A stretch of DNA of 46,194 nucleotides from an uncultured archaeon (GCA_964551725.1 CAZKED010000006.1:1-46194); one strand, 5' to 3'. Positions 1 through 10,389 are shown, counted from the stretch's first letter. Notes: generated from the letters alone by a model not told the origin. Numbers and translations: made by a program.

Positions 1-773
1 AAAAAATAAAAAGCCTCATGAACACCAACGTAATTTTCTCCTATGCCGACGAAGACCAAGAACACGTTGCAAAAAAATTCAAGGAATACGACCTAGTCTC
101 AATGCCTGTCCTGGATTCGGAAAAAAAAATGCTGGGAATTATTACGGTTGATGACGTAATCGACGTAATCGAGGAGGAAGCCACGGAAGACATTTACCGC
201 CTTGCCGGGCTGGACGAAGAGGAAAGCGTTTTTTCCTCCCCCCAAAATTCAATTGCCCGCAGAACGCCCTGGCTCGCGTTCAACCTCATTATTGTAATGA
301 TTTCCGTTTCGGTCATCAGCCTGTTCGAGGACACGCTCGCCGCACTGATTGTGCTTGCAATGTTTTTGCCGGTCGTCGCCAATCTCGGCGGCAATGCGGG
401 AACGCAGACCCTTGCGGTCATGGTCCGCAGCCTTGCACTGGGGGAAATAGGCATTAAGGAATACAAGCGCGCCCTGAAAAAGGAAATCGTGGTGGGAGTG
501 ATCAACGGAATAATAATCGGTTTCCTGGTTGGAGCGATTGCAACGCTGTGGAAAGGAAACATAATGATCGGCTTTGTGCTCCTCCTGGCAATGCTCGCAA
601 ACCAGGTCACTGCAGCGTTAGCCGGAACTCTGGTGCCGGTGCTGTTCAAGTGGCGCAGAATAGATCCGGCGCTGGCGTCAAGCGTTCTCATAACGGGCGC
701 AACCGACATAATGGGCTTCCTCGCATTCCTGGGAATTGCAACCCTTTTCTGGCAGGCAGGGCTGCTCGCTTGA
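1..773 (+). CDS. mgtE: Magnesium transporter MgtE, 5'-truncated by the window edge
   Basis: CBS-like LGIITVDDVIDVIEEEATEDI, then RxPWL, GGNAGTQT and IDPALAS...TD motifs of the MgtE membrane domain. Confidence 0.93.
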   Translation, partial: KIKSLMNTNVIFSYADEDQEHVAKKFKEYDLVSMPVLDSEKKMLGIITVDDVIDVIEEEATEDIYRLAGLDEEESVFSSPQNSIARRTPWLAFNLIIVMISVSVISLFEDTLAALIVLAMFLPVVANLGGNAGTQTLAVMVRSLALGEIGIKEYKRALKKEIVVGVINGIIIGFLVGAIATLWKGNIMIGFVLLLAMLANQVTAALAGTLVPVLFKWRRIDPALASSVLITGATDIMGFLAFLGIATLFWQAGLLA

Positions 774-809
774 GAAAAAAACTAATTGATTTCTGTTCAT
801 GGTTATTTT

Positions 810-1298
810 ATGAGAGAAAAACCCCGCGACATGCCCGCCGGGAAAGACAGGAAAGCAGCCGGAAAAAGGGTTCCGCTGCCGGGGGAAATCGGCTCAAGAA
901 TAAGAATGAGTGAGGTTATCGAGGAAAGGCGGAGGAGAGCGAGGCACCTCCAGGGTATATTCAAGCCCCCGACGGAAGAAAAACCTCAGGTAACGCGCGC
1001 CACTTACCTTGCAAAACGAATAAGCAATCCAAGAGACATGGAAACGCTAAGAAAACTGAAGGAAACCCTTGAGTCGGAACTGGAAAAGGCGAAAAAACTC
1101 GGAAACGAGCCGCTGTTCAGAGAACTGCAGGAAAGGCTGCAGAGAGAAAACCAAGTACTGGAATACCTCGTGGACAGGGCAAAAGTGTTCCTCGACCCGC
1201 AATATGCGGAAAGCCGCACAAGAGGATACGCAACCATTTACATCAGGCATGCGGAAGAATTCTACAATTTTCTAATTCAAAACCAGGGAAGAATGTAA
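810..1298 (+). CDS. Orphan helical protein with basic N-terminus
   Basis: ATG at 810 in frame with ORF 786..1298; K/R/E-rich with a coiled-coil-like middle; no family recognised. Confidence 0.65.
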   Translation: MREKPRDMPAGKDRKAAGKRVPLPGEIGSRIRMSEVIEERRRRARHLQGIFKPPTEEKPQVTRATYLAKRISNPRDMETLRKLKETLESELEKAKKLGNEPLFRELQERLQRENQVLEYLVDRAKVFLDPQYAESRTRGYATIYIRHAEEFYNFLIQNQGRM

Positions 1299-1332
1299 AA
1301 AAGGAAAGATTTGCCCCTTCTCTCGTTGAACG

Positions 1333-1608
1333 CTAAACGAACGAGGAGAAAAAAACAAAGCCGGCGGTAGCGGTAACTATTACAACGAGCAGGGCGAAGA
1401 GCGCTGCAATCAGGTCTGTTTCGTACTCCTCCTCACCTTCTTCCCTGCCCTGCGTTTCCTTCTTCCCTGCTTCGGACTGCTTTTTTTTCTCCGAGATAAT
1501 GGACTGCCTCAGGCTCTGCACATCGCTTTGCTCAGGGGTTTTGCCTTCAGGCAGGGATGTTTTTCCAGATTTTTCCTTTAAGGAAACTTCGCTTATTCCG
1601 CCTTCCAT
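1333..1608 (-). CDS. Small tail-anchored membrane protein (91 aa)
   Basis: AGGTG SD before ATG 1608; charged N-terminal part; single C-terminal hydrophobic helix. Confidence 0.6.
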   Translation of the reverse strand: MEGGISEVSLKEKSGKTSLPEGKTPEQSDVQSLRQSIISEKKKQSEAGKKETQGREEGEEEYETDLIAALFALLVVIVTATAGFVFFSSFV

Positions 1609-1707
1609 CACACCTATTAAGCGTTTTTGCTTTTTAAATCTTTCCCTGCCTCTCCGCGGGGAAAAGGAGAAAAAATAAATATAAGAAAGAACATTATTGC
1701 TTTCGGG

Positions 1708-2460
1708 ATGGCTGGAAAAAAGGCTTCGGGAAACGCCAAAAAAAAGAGAGTCCCGGGCAAGCGCTGGATTGCAAAGCTTGCGCTGGACGCTATCATCGCT
1801 TATTACATAGTGATGTTTTTTCTCACTTTTTCCTTTATGGGATGCCCTCAGACCATTGGCTATCCCTGCTTCACCCAAATAAGCTCGGAAAACAAGTGCT
1901 ATATCGGAACAAAGGAGGGCATCACCCCGCAGACGCAGATTGTTGCCGCGATTAACTATTTTTCCGACGGCACGTGCGGGGGAAGTTGCGACTGGCGCAC
2001 CACGGAGCAAAAAACGCTTTACCTGCCGGCAAACGGCGGTCTCACCATTGAAAGGGACAACGGAAAACCTAGGGTTAACGGCGAGGAAATAGGCGAGGGA
2101 GAAAAATGGTCTTCTGTAAACTACGCGTTAAACATTGACCCCTGGATAATAGAGGAGGAAAGCATTCAGCTTGAAAATTCCGGAGTAGTCAACTGCGTCA
2201 ACGCAGGCGGGGGAACGGCAAGTTTTTCCGGGGAAGAATACGGGTTCCTTTTGGTAAAGGGAATACACAAAATTTCCGTAAAACCCAACGCCGGAGGAAT
2301 AATCTCGTTCCTTGTGTTCCTTTCACTTCTTGCCTGCGTGGAGAGGAAAAACCTCAAGGGAAAAGGAGTCAAAGAGCACCTGCTTTGCTCCACAAAATTC
2401 AGGATTATGGCGGCAATGTGCGCCGGCATTTCGCTCTTTGTGGCATTCACTGTGCTGTGA
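1708..2460 (+). CDS. Hypothetical membrane protein with Cys-containing extracytoplasmic domain
   Basis: ATG 1708; basic N-terminus, TM, ~160-aa loop with several Cys, two C-terminal TMs. Confidence 0.7.
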   Translation: MAGKKASGNAKKKRVPGKRWIAKLALDAIIAYYIVMFFLTFSFMGCPQTIGYPCFTQISSENKCYIGTKEGITPQTQIVAAINYFSDGTCGGSCDWRTTEQKTLYLPANGGLTIERDNGKPRVNGEEIGEGEKWSSVNYALNIDPWIIEEESIQLENSGVVNCVNAGGGTASFSGEEYGFLLVKGIHKISVKPNAGGIISFLVFLSLLACVERKNLKGKGVKEHLLCSTKFRIMAAMCAGISLFVAFTVL

Positions 2461-2520
2461 AAAGCAATTTAACTTTTTCTTCCATTCATTTATTGCGCAA
2501 GGAAAAAAGAGGTGTTTTTC

Positions 2521-3075
2521 ATGGAACTTGAACCGGTAAAGGCGCTGTTTCTCTTAAGCCCGCGCCTGACCGCGCTTGTTACAACAATGGGAAAGAACGG
2601 CAGGGTGAATGCTGCGCCCTACTCTTTTGTAGGTCCATTGAGCATCAATCCCGCGCTCTGCTATGTTTCCGTGGGAAAGGGAGGCAAGGACACAGAGGCA
2701 TTCGCCCTAGAAACAAGGCAGTTTGTCGTTAACCTTGTCAGCGCTGACTTTGCCCAGAAAGCGGTGAACTGCGAGGCAAAACTTGCCCTTGGAGAAAACG
2801 AGCTTGAAAAATTCGGACTGCACATGACCGCAAGCAGCAAGGTTGTTGTACCGAGCGTGAAGGAAGCAAAGGCAACAATTGAATGCGAGTTGGCTGAAGT
2901 TTTGGACCCGAAGGATTCAGACCACGTGCTCCTAATCGGAAAAGTGCTCGGAGGAAAATGCGAATGCGAAAAAGACGGCAAGCCGGACCTCGATGCAATA
3001 GACCCAATAATGCACGTGGCAAAAGGGCATTTCCGCAAAGTGGGGGAAAGAATTGACCTCGAAAGGAACAAGTAA
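2521..3075 (+). CDS. Flavin reductase-like FMN-binding protein (DIM6/NTAB family)
   Basis: GAGGTG SD; LVTT...NAAPYSF, KDT, FVVN, IEC and DHVLLIGKV motifs. Confidence 0.88.
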   Translation: MELEPVKALFLLSPRLTALVTTMGKNGRVNAAPYSFVGPLSINPALCYVSVGKGGKDTEAFALETRQFVVNLVSADFAQKAVNCEAKLALGENELEKFGLHMTASSKVVVPSVKEAKATIECELAEVLDPKDSDHVLLIGKVLGGKCECEKDGKPDLDAIDPIMHVAKGHFRKVGERIDLERNK

Positions 3076-3697
3076 ACGTAGAGCACGCGAAGTGCTGCGC
3101 AGGCTTGCAAAGGAATACCCGGAAGCAGGCACCCGCCTGCTGCACGGGAACGCATTCCAGCTGCTCGTGGCAACAATTTTAAGCGCTCAGTCCACTGATG
3201 CACAAGTGAACAGGGTTACAAAAAAACTGTTCAGGGAATACCGCACACCGGCGGAATTCGCCCGCGCGGACTTGCGGGAACTGAAAAAAATAGTGCGGAG
3301 CGCCGGCTACTACAACCAGAAAGCCCGCCGCATAAAGGAAAGCGCTAAAATTATCTCCGGAAAATACCGCGGCAGGGTCCCGCGCTCCATGCATGAACTG
3401 GTGCAACTGCCCGGCGTCGGCAGGAAGACCGCGAACATCGTTCTCAGTTACGGCTTCGGAAAGGATGAAGGGATAGCGGTCGACACGCACGTGTTCAGGT
3501 TAAGCCGCAGACTGGGATTGAGCAGTGCGAATACCGCGGAAAAAGTGGAAAAGGATTTAATGGAATTGCTGCCGAGGAAAAAATGGGGCACTGTGAACAG
3601 CATCCTAATCTTCCATGGCAGAGCTGTATGCACCGCCCGCAATCCCAAGCACGGGGAATGCGTTCTGTTCGAATTGTGCCCCAGCAGGGGCATTTAG
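3053..3697 (+). CDS. nth: Endonuclease III
   Basis: LVATILSAQSTD, HhH LPGVGRKTA, AVDTHV, C-terminal Fe-S loop; start codon uncertain. Confidence 0.95.
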   Translation: MTSKGTSKRRAREVLRRLAKEYPEAGTRLLHGNAFQLLVATILSAQSTDAQVNRVTKKLFREYRTPAEFARADLRELKKIVRSAGYYNQKARRIKESAKIISGKYRGRVPRSMHELVQLPGVGRKTANIVLSYGFGKDEGIAVDTHVFRLSRRLGLSSANTAEKVEKDLMELLPRKKWGTVNSILIFHGRAVCTARNPKHGECVLFELCPSRGI

Positions 3698-4710
3698 CCA
3701 GATTTCCTTCGCTCTTTCTTCAGGCGTTTCTCTATGCTTTCCTCGTATTCATCAATGGAGGGCGCAATAGGTGCTCTTTTGCGACTGGGCTTTTTCACAT
3801 ACCCGCCAATGGCGGGCGCAACAGGGATCTTTCCCTGCTCGCGGAGTTCCTTCCTTGCCGCAAGCTCCAGCTCGCTTACTTCTTTGGGCTTTATTCTCTC
3901 CCTGCCAAGGAATTCCTCTATGCATTTCAAATATTCCTCAACATGCGGCACAGCGGGCATTCTCTGCTGCCCGCGCAGAACCCTTTCAGCCTCGGCCTCC
4001 AGTTCCCTGACCTCCCTTGGCATGAGCGGTCCGCCGGGCGAGGGCTGCCAGAACACTTTCACCAGTCTTTCACCCACTTGAACCCTGAATGTATAGTATC
4101 TCTGGACCTGCCTGCCCGCCCTTTCGATGCCGAATTTCACCCTCGATTTTTCATACAGTCTTCGCCCGAGCAGCCTGTAAGCGGAATAGTTTGCGATTAT
4201 CTGCATCAATTCCGGGTCCCTCACCGAATTCGAGAGCAGGTATGCAACGCTTCCGAAAAAGGGGATTGCGGAAACAATAACCGCTTCGGGACTGTGCAGC
4301 TGGACAGCGCGCTTGTGTTCTTCCCTGGAAATAGTCCTGGAAATGCGCCTGCGGTACTCGGATTTCAGCCTTGCGCTTATAGTGTAAGAGGGTCTTATCA
4401 CAGAAGACCAGGTAGCGCTGAGGACGGGGATTATTCCGAGGAGAAAATGTGCCTTGTATCCCGCAAGGAAATCGGCAAGCTCTCCCCTTCCAATCTGGCT
4501 TCGGAAAAACGCGGCTTTTTCCGCGCTTATCCTGCCCTCGCTTTCAGCCCAGTCAACGGATTTTGAAATGAATTTAATTCCCACCCGCTGGTACCAGCGA
4601 TAGGTGCGTCTGGCAATTCTTCCAGTACGCCTTAAAGCCCTCATCTCCCTTCTTTCGGGGGGCTTTTTTTTCCTTTGCCTGGCTTTCCAATCAATTCCTT
4701 TCAACGACAT
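3694..4710 (-). CDS. Orphan protein with basic N-terminus, two hydrophobic segments and C-terminal repeats
   Basis: 338-aa ATG ORF filling the gap between nth and uppP; protein-like composition. Confidence 0.7.
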   Translation of the reverse strand: MSLKGIDWKARQRKKKPPERREMRALRRTGRIARRTYRWYQRVGIKFISKSVDWAESEGRISAEKAAFFRSQIGRGELADFLAGYKAHFLLGIIPVLSATWSSVIRPSYTISARLKSEYRRRISRTISREEHKRAVQLHSPEAVIVSAIPFFGSVAYLLSNSVRDPELMQIIANYSAYRLLGRRLYEKSRVKFGIERAGRQVQRYYTFRVQVGERLVKVFWQPSPGGPLMPREVRELEAEAERVLRGQQRMPAVPHVEEYLKCIEEFLGRERIKPKEVSELELAARKELREQGKIPVAPAIGGYVKKPSRKRAPIAPSIDEYEESIEKRLKKERRKSG

Positions 4711-4774
4711 AATTCGCCAAATAAATTTATCTGCTGCACTTCCTTTTAATCATTTCTCTGCCCTGTATAATTTC

Positions 4775-5536
4775 ATGGAGCCAGTAGAGGCATTATTACT
4801 CGGATTGGTACAGGGAACAATTGAATGGCTGCCCCTGAGCAGCCAGGGACAGGTAATGGCTCTCGCGATTGCGCTCGGGGAAAACGCAAAAGAGGCATTG
4901 CGCCTGGCAGTATTCCTGCACATTGGCACGTTTTTCGCGGCGCTTTATTACTTCCGCAGGGAGGCAGCAAAAATCCTTAAGGGAAAAGACAGGGCGCTGG
5001 GAAAATTCCTTCTCATCGCGCTGCTCTCGACAGCAATCACCGGAATTCCAATGTATCTGCTCCTGGAAACCGCGGTCGGGGAATTCCATCCCGCGGGCGT
5101 GCTGCTCTTAATAGGAGCGTTGCTCGTGGTAATGGGAATAATCCAGCGGAAGAAGAAATTCGTGAAAAAAACCTCCCTGGGAAACAAAAACGCTTTCTTT
5201 CTGGGCTTGGGGCAGGGTCTCGCGGTTTTGCCGGGCATAAGCAGGAGCGGCATGACCACGAGCACGCTTTTGTTCGAAGGCTTTGAACCGGAGCAGGCGT
5301 TCCGGATTTCCTTCCTGCTTTCAATTCCGAGCATTCTTGTCATGGACGTTCTTTACGGAATGAGGGAAGGCTTCCCGGCTGGAGCGGAAGCACTTCTCGG
5401 AGTGCTGGTTGCAGCAGTGGTCGGCTTTGTTTCCATTTCCCTGCTGCTCCGCGCAGCGAAAAAAATAAACTTCTCGAAATTCTGCATCGGCTTTGGGATA
5501 GTTTACGGGATTCTCTCGCTCGTCTATTTCTTGTGA
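4775..5536 (+). CDS. uppP: Undecaprenyl/polyprenyl-diphosphate phosphatase (BacA/UppP)
   Basis: LGLVQGTIEWLPLSSQG and PGISRSG motifs; multi-TM; ATG 4775. Confidence 0.9.
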   Translation: MEPVEALLLGLVQGTIEWLPLSSQGQVMALAIALGENAKEALRLAVFLHIGTFFAALYYFRREAAKILKGKDRALGKFLLIALLSTAITGIPMYLLLETAVGEFHPAGVLLLIGALLVVMGIIQRKKKFVKKTSLGNKNAFFLGLGQGLAVLPGISRSGMTTSTLLFEGFEPEQAFRISFLLSIPSILVMDVLYGMREGFPAGAEALLGVLVAAVVGFVSISLLLRAAKKINFSKFCIGFGIVYGILSLVYFL

Positions 5537-5572
5537 GAAACAAATAAATAGCATTGGAGCCATAAATTGGTT

Positions 5573-6115
5573 ATGCCCATTGTGAAAGGTCACCAAATCA
5601 AAAAAAAGCACAAGCGCCACAATTTAAGGCGCAGGAGAAAGCAAAGGAAGGGCGGCAAGCACTCCCACCGGAGAAATATAAGCCAAAAAGGAGTTCAGGG
5701 GAGAGAAGCGTATAAGAAACACAGTAGGCACCCCCCGCTTACCCAAAATGAATTGAGAGGGGTTCGAAGGATATCGGCAATCAATTACGTACTGAGAAAT
5801 GCCTTGACTATTACTGTCTTCAAGCGAAGGTTTGCAGATTTCTATGAATACAATGCGAGGAAAAGAGTGCTGGGCATATCGGGAAGGGATATGTTTGCGC
5901 GCGCTAACAGCGAACTCCGGAACGGCCTTGTCTCTGCCGCCAGACACTTTTGGGAAGAAGAAGGCGCAAAACTGGCTGAAGAGTTTATCGCCCAAAGAGC
6001 GCCTTTCACCGAGAAAGAATTGCTTGACTACCGGGCGGACAAGTCAAAAATCGACCTCCCGGGAGAATTCCTGGAATGGCTGAAATCTGAAAAGATAGAG
6101 CTTTTAAGTACTTAA
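5573..6115 (+). CDS. Orphan protein with extremely K/R/H-rich N-terminus
   Basis: ATG 5573 about 25-30 nt after AAATAAATA; helical C-terminal part. Confidence 0.65.
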   Translation: MPIVKGHQIKKKHKRHNLRRRRKQRKGGKHSHRRNISQKGVQGREAYKKHSRHPPLTQNELRGVRRISAINYVLRNALTITVFKRRFADFYEYNARKRVLGISGRDMFARANSELRNGLVSAARHFWEEEGAKLAEEFIAQRAPFTEKELLDYRADKSKIDLPGEFLEWLKSEKIELLST

Positions 6116-6723
6116 AGCTTGGAAACTGCTTCTTGGACTAACTTCCCGAAATCCAGCTTGGCTTCCTCTTCTTCCACGCGCTCAAGCGAGGCGTGGGTGC
6201 TCGGATGCTTTGGCCCGAGCACATCGCACATTTCTGGTCCTTTGGAGATTTCAAACGTGCCAATTTTCCGGGCGAGCGCCGTGGTTTCCCGCTTGTTGAA
6301 GCCCAGCAGGGGGCGGACGACAGGAATTTGCACGGCGCGGGCTGTTGCTGCAAGATTGGACAAAGTCTGGCTTGAAACCTGCCCCAGGGATTCGCCTGTA
6401 ACGAGGAAGGAGCATTTTTCCTTTTCTGCAACTCGCTCCGCGATTCTGTACATCAGACGGCGCATTAAAATGAAATAGTACGCTTCCGCGGTTTTTTTCG
6501 CTATTTCCTCAAGCTGCTCCGAAATGTCCAGGACAATAAGCTTTTTTATTCCGAGTTTTTTTGAAATCCTGCGGCATTTTTCAACCGACTCAGAGCCGGC
6601 AAATTTTTCGTTTGAAAAATGGAGAGCGAAAAGCTCTGCTTGCTCTGCCACAATGCTGCCCGCAACTGGGGAATCGATGCCTCCGCTCAAAAGCAGCAGT
6701 CCTTTTGCCCTTTGCATTTTCAT
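6112..6723 (-). CDS. Stand-alone ThiI-family PP-loop domain (tRNA sulfurtransferase-like)
   Basis: LLSGGIDSPVA, RRLMYRIA, TGESLGQVSSQT, RPL, IGTFEIS; no THUMP domain. Confidence 0.85.
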   Translation of the reverse strand: MKMQRAKGLLLLSGGIDSPVAGSIVAEQAELFALHFSNEKFAGSESVEKCRRISKKLGIKKLIVLDISEQLEEIAKKTAEAYYFILMRRLMYRIAERVAEKEKCSFLVTGESLGQVSSQTLSNLAATARAVQIPVVRPLLGFNKRETTALARKIGTFEISKGPEMCDVLGPKHPSTHASLERVEEEEAKLDFGKLVQEAVSKL

Positions 6724-6733
6724 CCACCTGTTT

Positions 6734-7900
6734 TCATTCGCCGAATTTCTTTTTTATTTTTTCGTGGAATTTTTCAAACACGCTCTTTCTTTTCCTGCGG
6801 AGTCTTTCCATCCTTCGCAGTTGTTCCAGCAGTTCCCTTTCCTTTTTTGAAAGTCTCTCGGGCGTCTGCACTGTAACCTTGACGAATTCATCGCCTTTTC
6901 CCTGGGCATTAAGGTGCGGAATGCCTTTTCCTTTAAGGCGGAAAATTGTCCCGCTCTGCGTGCCGCTTGGCACTTTCAGTTTCGCCATTCCGTGCAGTGT
7001 CGGCGCCTCGATTTCCGAGCCGAGCGCTGCCTCGGAAAAGGAAATGGGAATCTCCACGTACACGTCGGAGTTGTCGCGCTTGAATATTTCATGCGGTTCC
7101 ACGAATATTACTACGTAAACGTCGCCCGGAGTCCCACCGCGTTCTCCCGCGTTTCCCTGCCCGCGAAGGCGCAAAAAGTTGCCGGTGTTGATTCCAGCAG
7201 GTACTTTCACTTTGATTTTTCTTTTTTCATCGAATGAACCCCTGCCTTTGCATTTCCTGCACGGGTTCTTTATTTCGTGACCTGAACCGTGGCAGTTCGG
7301 ACAGGTTGAAGTGGTCTGAAACATTCCGAGAACGGTGCGCCGCGTTTTGGTCACGACGCCGCGGCCGTTGCAGTGCCTGCATGTTTCAATGTCGGAATCC
7401 TTTCTATAGCCTTTTCCGCCGCATTCACCGCATTGCACAATTCTCTGCACGGAAATTTCCTTTTCCGCGCCGAATGCCGCTTCTTCGAATGAAACCGGCA
7501 TGTTCACCCTTAAATCGCTTCCCTTTTCGGGAGTGCCTTCCCTGCGGAACTGCGAGGAGAATATGTCTGAGAAACCGCCGCGGGTGAACATGTTGAACAG
7601 GTCCTCGAAATCGAAGTCCATTGAAGAGAATCCCGAAAAACCGCTGAAGCCCGGGCCAAAGCCGCTGAAGCCCCTGAATCCCTCGAATCCGTGGCCGTAG
7701 GAATCGTATGCCTGCCTTTTCTGCGAATCGGAGAGAACCGAATATGCTTCCTGTATTTCCTTGAATTTTTCCTCCGCGTTCTGCTCCCTGCTTATGTCGG
7801 GGTGGAATTTTTTCGCCAGGCGCTTGTACGCTGCCTTTATTTCCTGTTCGGAAGCCCCTTTTCCAAGCCCGAGAATTTTATAGTAGTCCTTTTCCGCCAT
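6734..7900 (-). CDS. dnaJ: Chaperone DnaJ
   Basis: J domain with HPD, G/F region, four CxxCxGxG motifs. Confidence 0.97.
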   Translation of the reverse strand: MAEKDYYKILGLGKGASEQEIKAAYKRLAKKFHPDISREQNAEEKFKEIQEAYSVLSDSQKRQAYDSYGHGFEGFRGFSGFGPGFSGFSGFSSMDFDFEDLFNMFTRGGFSDIFSSQFRREGTPEKGSDLRVNMPVSFEEAAFGAEKEISVQRIVQCGECGGKGYRKDSDIETCRHCNGRGVVTKTRRTVLGMFQTTSTCPNCHGSGHEIKNPCRKCKGRGSFDEKRKIKVKVPAGINTGNFLRLRGQGNAGERGGTPGDVYVVIFVEPHEIFKRDNSDVYVEIPISFSEAALGSEIEAPTLHGMAKLKVPSGTQSGTIFRLKGKGIPHLNAQGKGDEFVKVTVQTPERLSKKERELLEQLRRMERLRRKRKSVFEKFHEKIKKKFGE

Positions 7901-7914
7901 GCAATTCCTTCACT

Positions 7915-9795
7915 TTACTTTTTGCCCTTGTCATCGTCTTCCATTTTGAAGTCCGCGTCCACTACTTTGCCGTCCTTCGGCTTTTTTTCCTTTTTTCCCT
8001 TGGCTTCCTGCCGCGCTTCTCCCGCGCCTTCGGGCTTTTTGGTTTCCTGCGCTTTTTTGTAGAGTTCTGCGGAGAATGCCTGCATTTCCCTGTTGAGTTC
8101 CTGCATTGCCGTTTTCACGCTTGAAACGTTTTTGTCTTTCAGGGCGTTTTTCAGCGCCTCGGCTTTTTCGGATATTTTTTTCTTGTTTTCGTCCGGAATT
8201 TTGTCCGCGAGGTCGGAGAGCATTTTTTCCGCGGCATATGCCAGTGCCTCGCCCTGGTTAAGCGTTTCCGCTTCCTCCATGCGCTTTTTGTCCTCCGCCG
8301 CGTGCTGTTCTGCTTCCTTTTTCATTTTTTCAATTTCTTCCTTGCTGAGTTTCTGCGATGCGACTATTTTAATGCTCTGTTCCTTTCCGGTTCCGAGGTC
8401 CTTTGCCTTCACGTGCACTATTCCGTTAGCGTCAATGTCAAACGTGACCTCAATCTGGGGAATGCCCCGCGGAGCCGGGGGAATTCCAATCAACTGGAAC
8501 CTTCCCAGTTCCTTGTTGTCTTTCGACATAGGTCTTTCGCCCTGGAGGACGTGCACGTCAACGGCGGTCTGGTTGTCCGCTGCTGTTGAAAAAACCTGCG
8601 ATTTTTTCGTGGGAATTGTCGTATTGCGCTCTATGAGTTTTGTGAAAACCCCGCCGAGCGTTTCAATTCCGAGGGAAAGCGGCGTGACGTCAAGTAGCAG
8701 CACGTCTTTTACTTCGCCGCTTAGCACGCCTGCCTGTATCGCGGCACCCATTGCGACGCATTCCATCGGGTCCACGCCTCGCTCGGGCTTTATGCCCAGG
8801 GCATGCTCTATGAATTTCTGCACGCACGGCATTCTCGTAGGACCGCCGACAAGAATCACCTTGTTTATTTCGCTTGCGGTCAGTTTTGCGTCCGCCAGCG
8901 CCTGCTGCACCGGCTTTTCGCATTTTTTTATTACAGGTTCAACCAGCTGCTCGAGTTTTGCCCTGCTTATTTTCACGTTCAGGTGCTTCGGTTCCTGTTT
9001 TGCCGAGGCAATGTACGGCAGGTTAATGTCTGTTTCAAGCACTGTGCTCAGTTCGATTTTCGCCCTTTCCGATGCCTCCCTGACTCTCTCCATTGCCGCC
9101 TTGTCTTTTGCGAGGTCAACGCCTTCCTTTTTCCTGAATTCTTCAAGCACGTAATCCATCAGCATGCTGTCCATGTCGGTTCCGCCAAGCTGCGTGTCGC
9201 CGCTCGTGCTTTTTACCTCGAAAACCCCTTCACCGAAATCCATTACCGTTACATCCAGGGTTCCGCCGCCGAAGTCGAACACCAGGATTTTCTGCTCTTT
9301 TTCGTGCTTGTCCAGACCGTAAGCAAGCGCTGCCGCTGTCGGCTCGTTTATAATCCTTATTACTTCAAGCCCCGCTATTTCTCCCGCGTCCTTTGTCGCC
9401 TGCCTCTGGTTGTCGTCGAAGTAAGCCGGCACTGTAATGACCGCTTTTTCAATTTTTTCTCCTAAAAATTCCTCCGCGTCCTTTTTTATTTTCTGCAAAA
9501 GGAAGGCGGAAACCTGCTGGGGCGTGTACTCTTTCCCGAAAACCTTGTACTTGTGCTTTGAGCCCATTTTTCTTTTCGCTGCAGTAATCGTTCCCTCGGG
9601 ATTGTTCACCGCCTGCCTTTTCGCGGGCTCTCCCACCAGGCGCTGGCCGTCTTTTGTGAATGCGACAACGCTCGGAAAGGATTTCCCGTAGAGCGTTGTG
9701 CCCTCAGCGCTCGGAATAATGCGGGGCTTTCCCGCTTCCAGCACGGCTGCAGCGCTGTTGCTTGTTCCCAGGTCAATTCCTATAACCTTTGCCAT
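7915..9795 (-). CDS. dnaK: Chaperone DnaK (Hsp70)
   Basis: [43 protein letters not shown]. Confidence 0.98.
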   Translation of the reverse strand: MAKVIGIDLGTSNSAAAVLEAGKPRIIPSAEGTTLYGKSFPSVVAFTKDGQRLVGEPAKRQAVNNPEGTITAAKRKMGSKHKYKVFGKEYTPQQVSAFLLQKIKKDAEEFLGEKIEKAVITVPAYFDDNQRQATKDAGEIAGLEVIRIINEPTAAALAYGLDKHEKEQKILVFDFGGGTLDVTVMDFGEGVFEVKSTSGDTQLGGTDMDSMLMDYVLEEFRKKEGVDLAKDKAAMERVREASERAKIELSTVLETDINLPYIASAKQEPKHLNVKISRAKLEQLVEPVIKKCEKPVQQALADAKLTASEINKVILVGGPTRMPCVQKFIEHALGIKPERGVDPMECVAMGAAIQAGVLSGEVKDVLLLDVTPLSLGIETLGGVFTKLIERNTTIPTKKSQVFSTAADNQTAVDVHVLQGERPMSKDNKELGRFQLIGIPPAPRGIPQIEVTFDIDANGIVHVKAKDLGTGKEQSIKIVASQKLSKEEIEKMKKEAEQHAAEDKKRMEEAETLNQGEALAYAAEKMLSDLADKIPDENKKKISEKAEALKNALKDKNVSSVKTAMQELNREMQAFSAELYKKAQETKKPEGAGEARQEAKGKKEKKPKDGKVVDADFKMEDDDKGKK

Positions 9796-9840
9796 AACAA
9801 ATCACCTTTGCCAATTAAAAGAATAAACGTCCGTTCACTT

Positions 9841-10389
9841 TTATTTTTCTTTTCCTTGCTTTTTTTCCTCGGGGAAATTTGCCTTCACTTTTGCGGGTCG
9901 CAGTATTCCGCCGCCGAACCTGTAGCCTTTTTGGAATTCCTCGAGAACCGCGCCTTCGGGCTTTTCGGAATCGCTTGCCCTGAGAACGCAGTCCATTTCA
10001 TCGGGATTGAATTTTTCCCCGCAGTTTATCTCCGAAACGCCGCATTGCCTGAAAGCATTGAGCAACTGCGAGTGAAGTTCCTTCAGCCCGGAATCCTGCG
10101 AATGCTTCAATGCCTGCTCCACCGAGTCAAGCACCGGCAGGAATGCTTTCAGTATTTCCGCTTCCGCCCTTTTTTTCTCTATTTCCGTCTCCTTTTCCTT
10201 TCGCTTCATTGCATTCTCGTAGTCTGCCTGGACTCTCTGGAGAATCTCTTTGAGTTCGCCGAATTCTTTTTCCCTTTTTTCCATTTCCCCTTCAAGCACC
10301 CTTATTTTGCCCTTCAATGCCTTCAGAGGACTCTTTTTCCCTTCAGGGCGCTTTGCCTTCTTTTTGCTCCCACCAGACACAAAAATCAC
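9841..10389 (-). CDS. grpE: Nucleotide exchange factor GrpE
   Basis: QADYEN, LPVLD, FNP, QKGY...LRPAKV; upstream of dnaK. Confidence 0.93.
   Translation of the reverse strand: MIFVSGGSKKKAKRPEGKKSPLKALKGKIRVLEGEMEKREKEFGELKEILQRVQADYENAMKRKEKETEIEKKRAEAEILKAFLPVLDSVEQALKHSQDSGLKELHSQLLNAFRQCGVSEINCGEKFNPDEMDCVLRASDSEKPEGAVLEEFQKGYRFGGGILRPAKVKANFPEEKKQGKEK

Noticed and set aside
3583-4566. 327-aa plus-strand ORF
   Set aside because: Overlaps nth and is antisense to the more protein-like 3694-4710 ORF
8093-9465. Long plus-strand ORFs antisense to dnaK
   Set aside because: Typical antisense shadows of a conserved gene; no independent motifs
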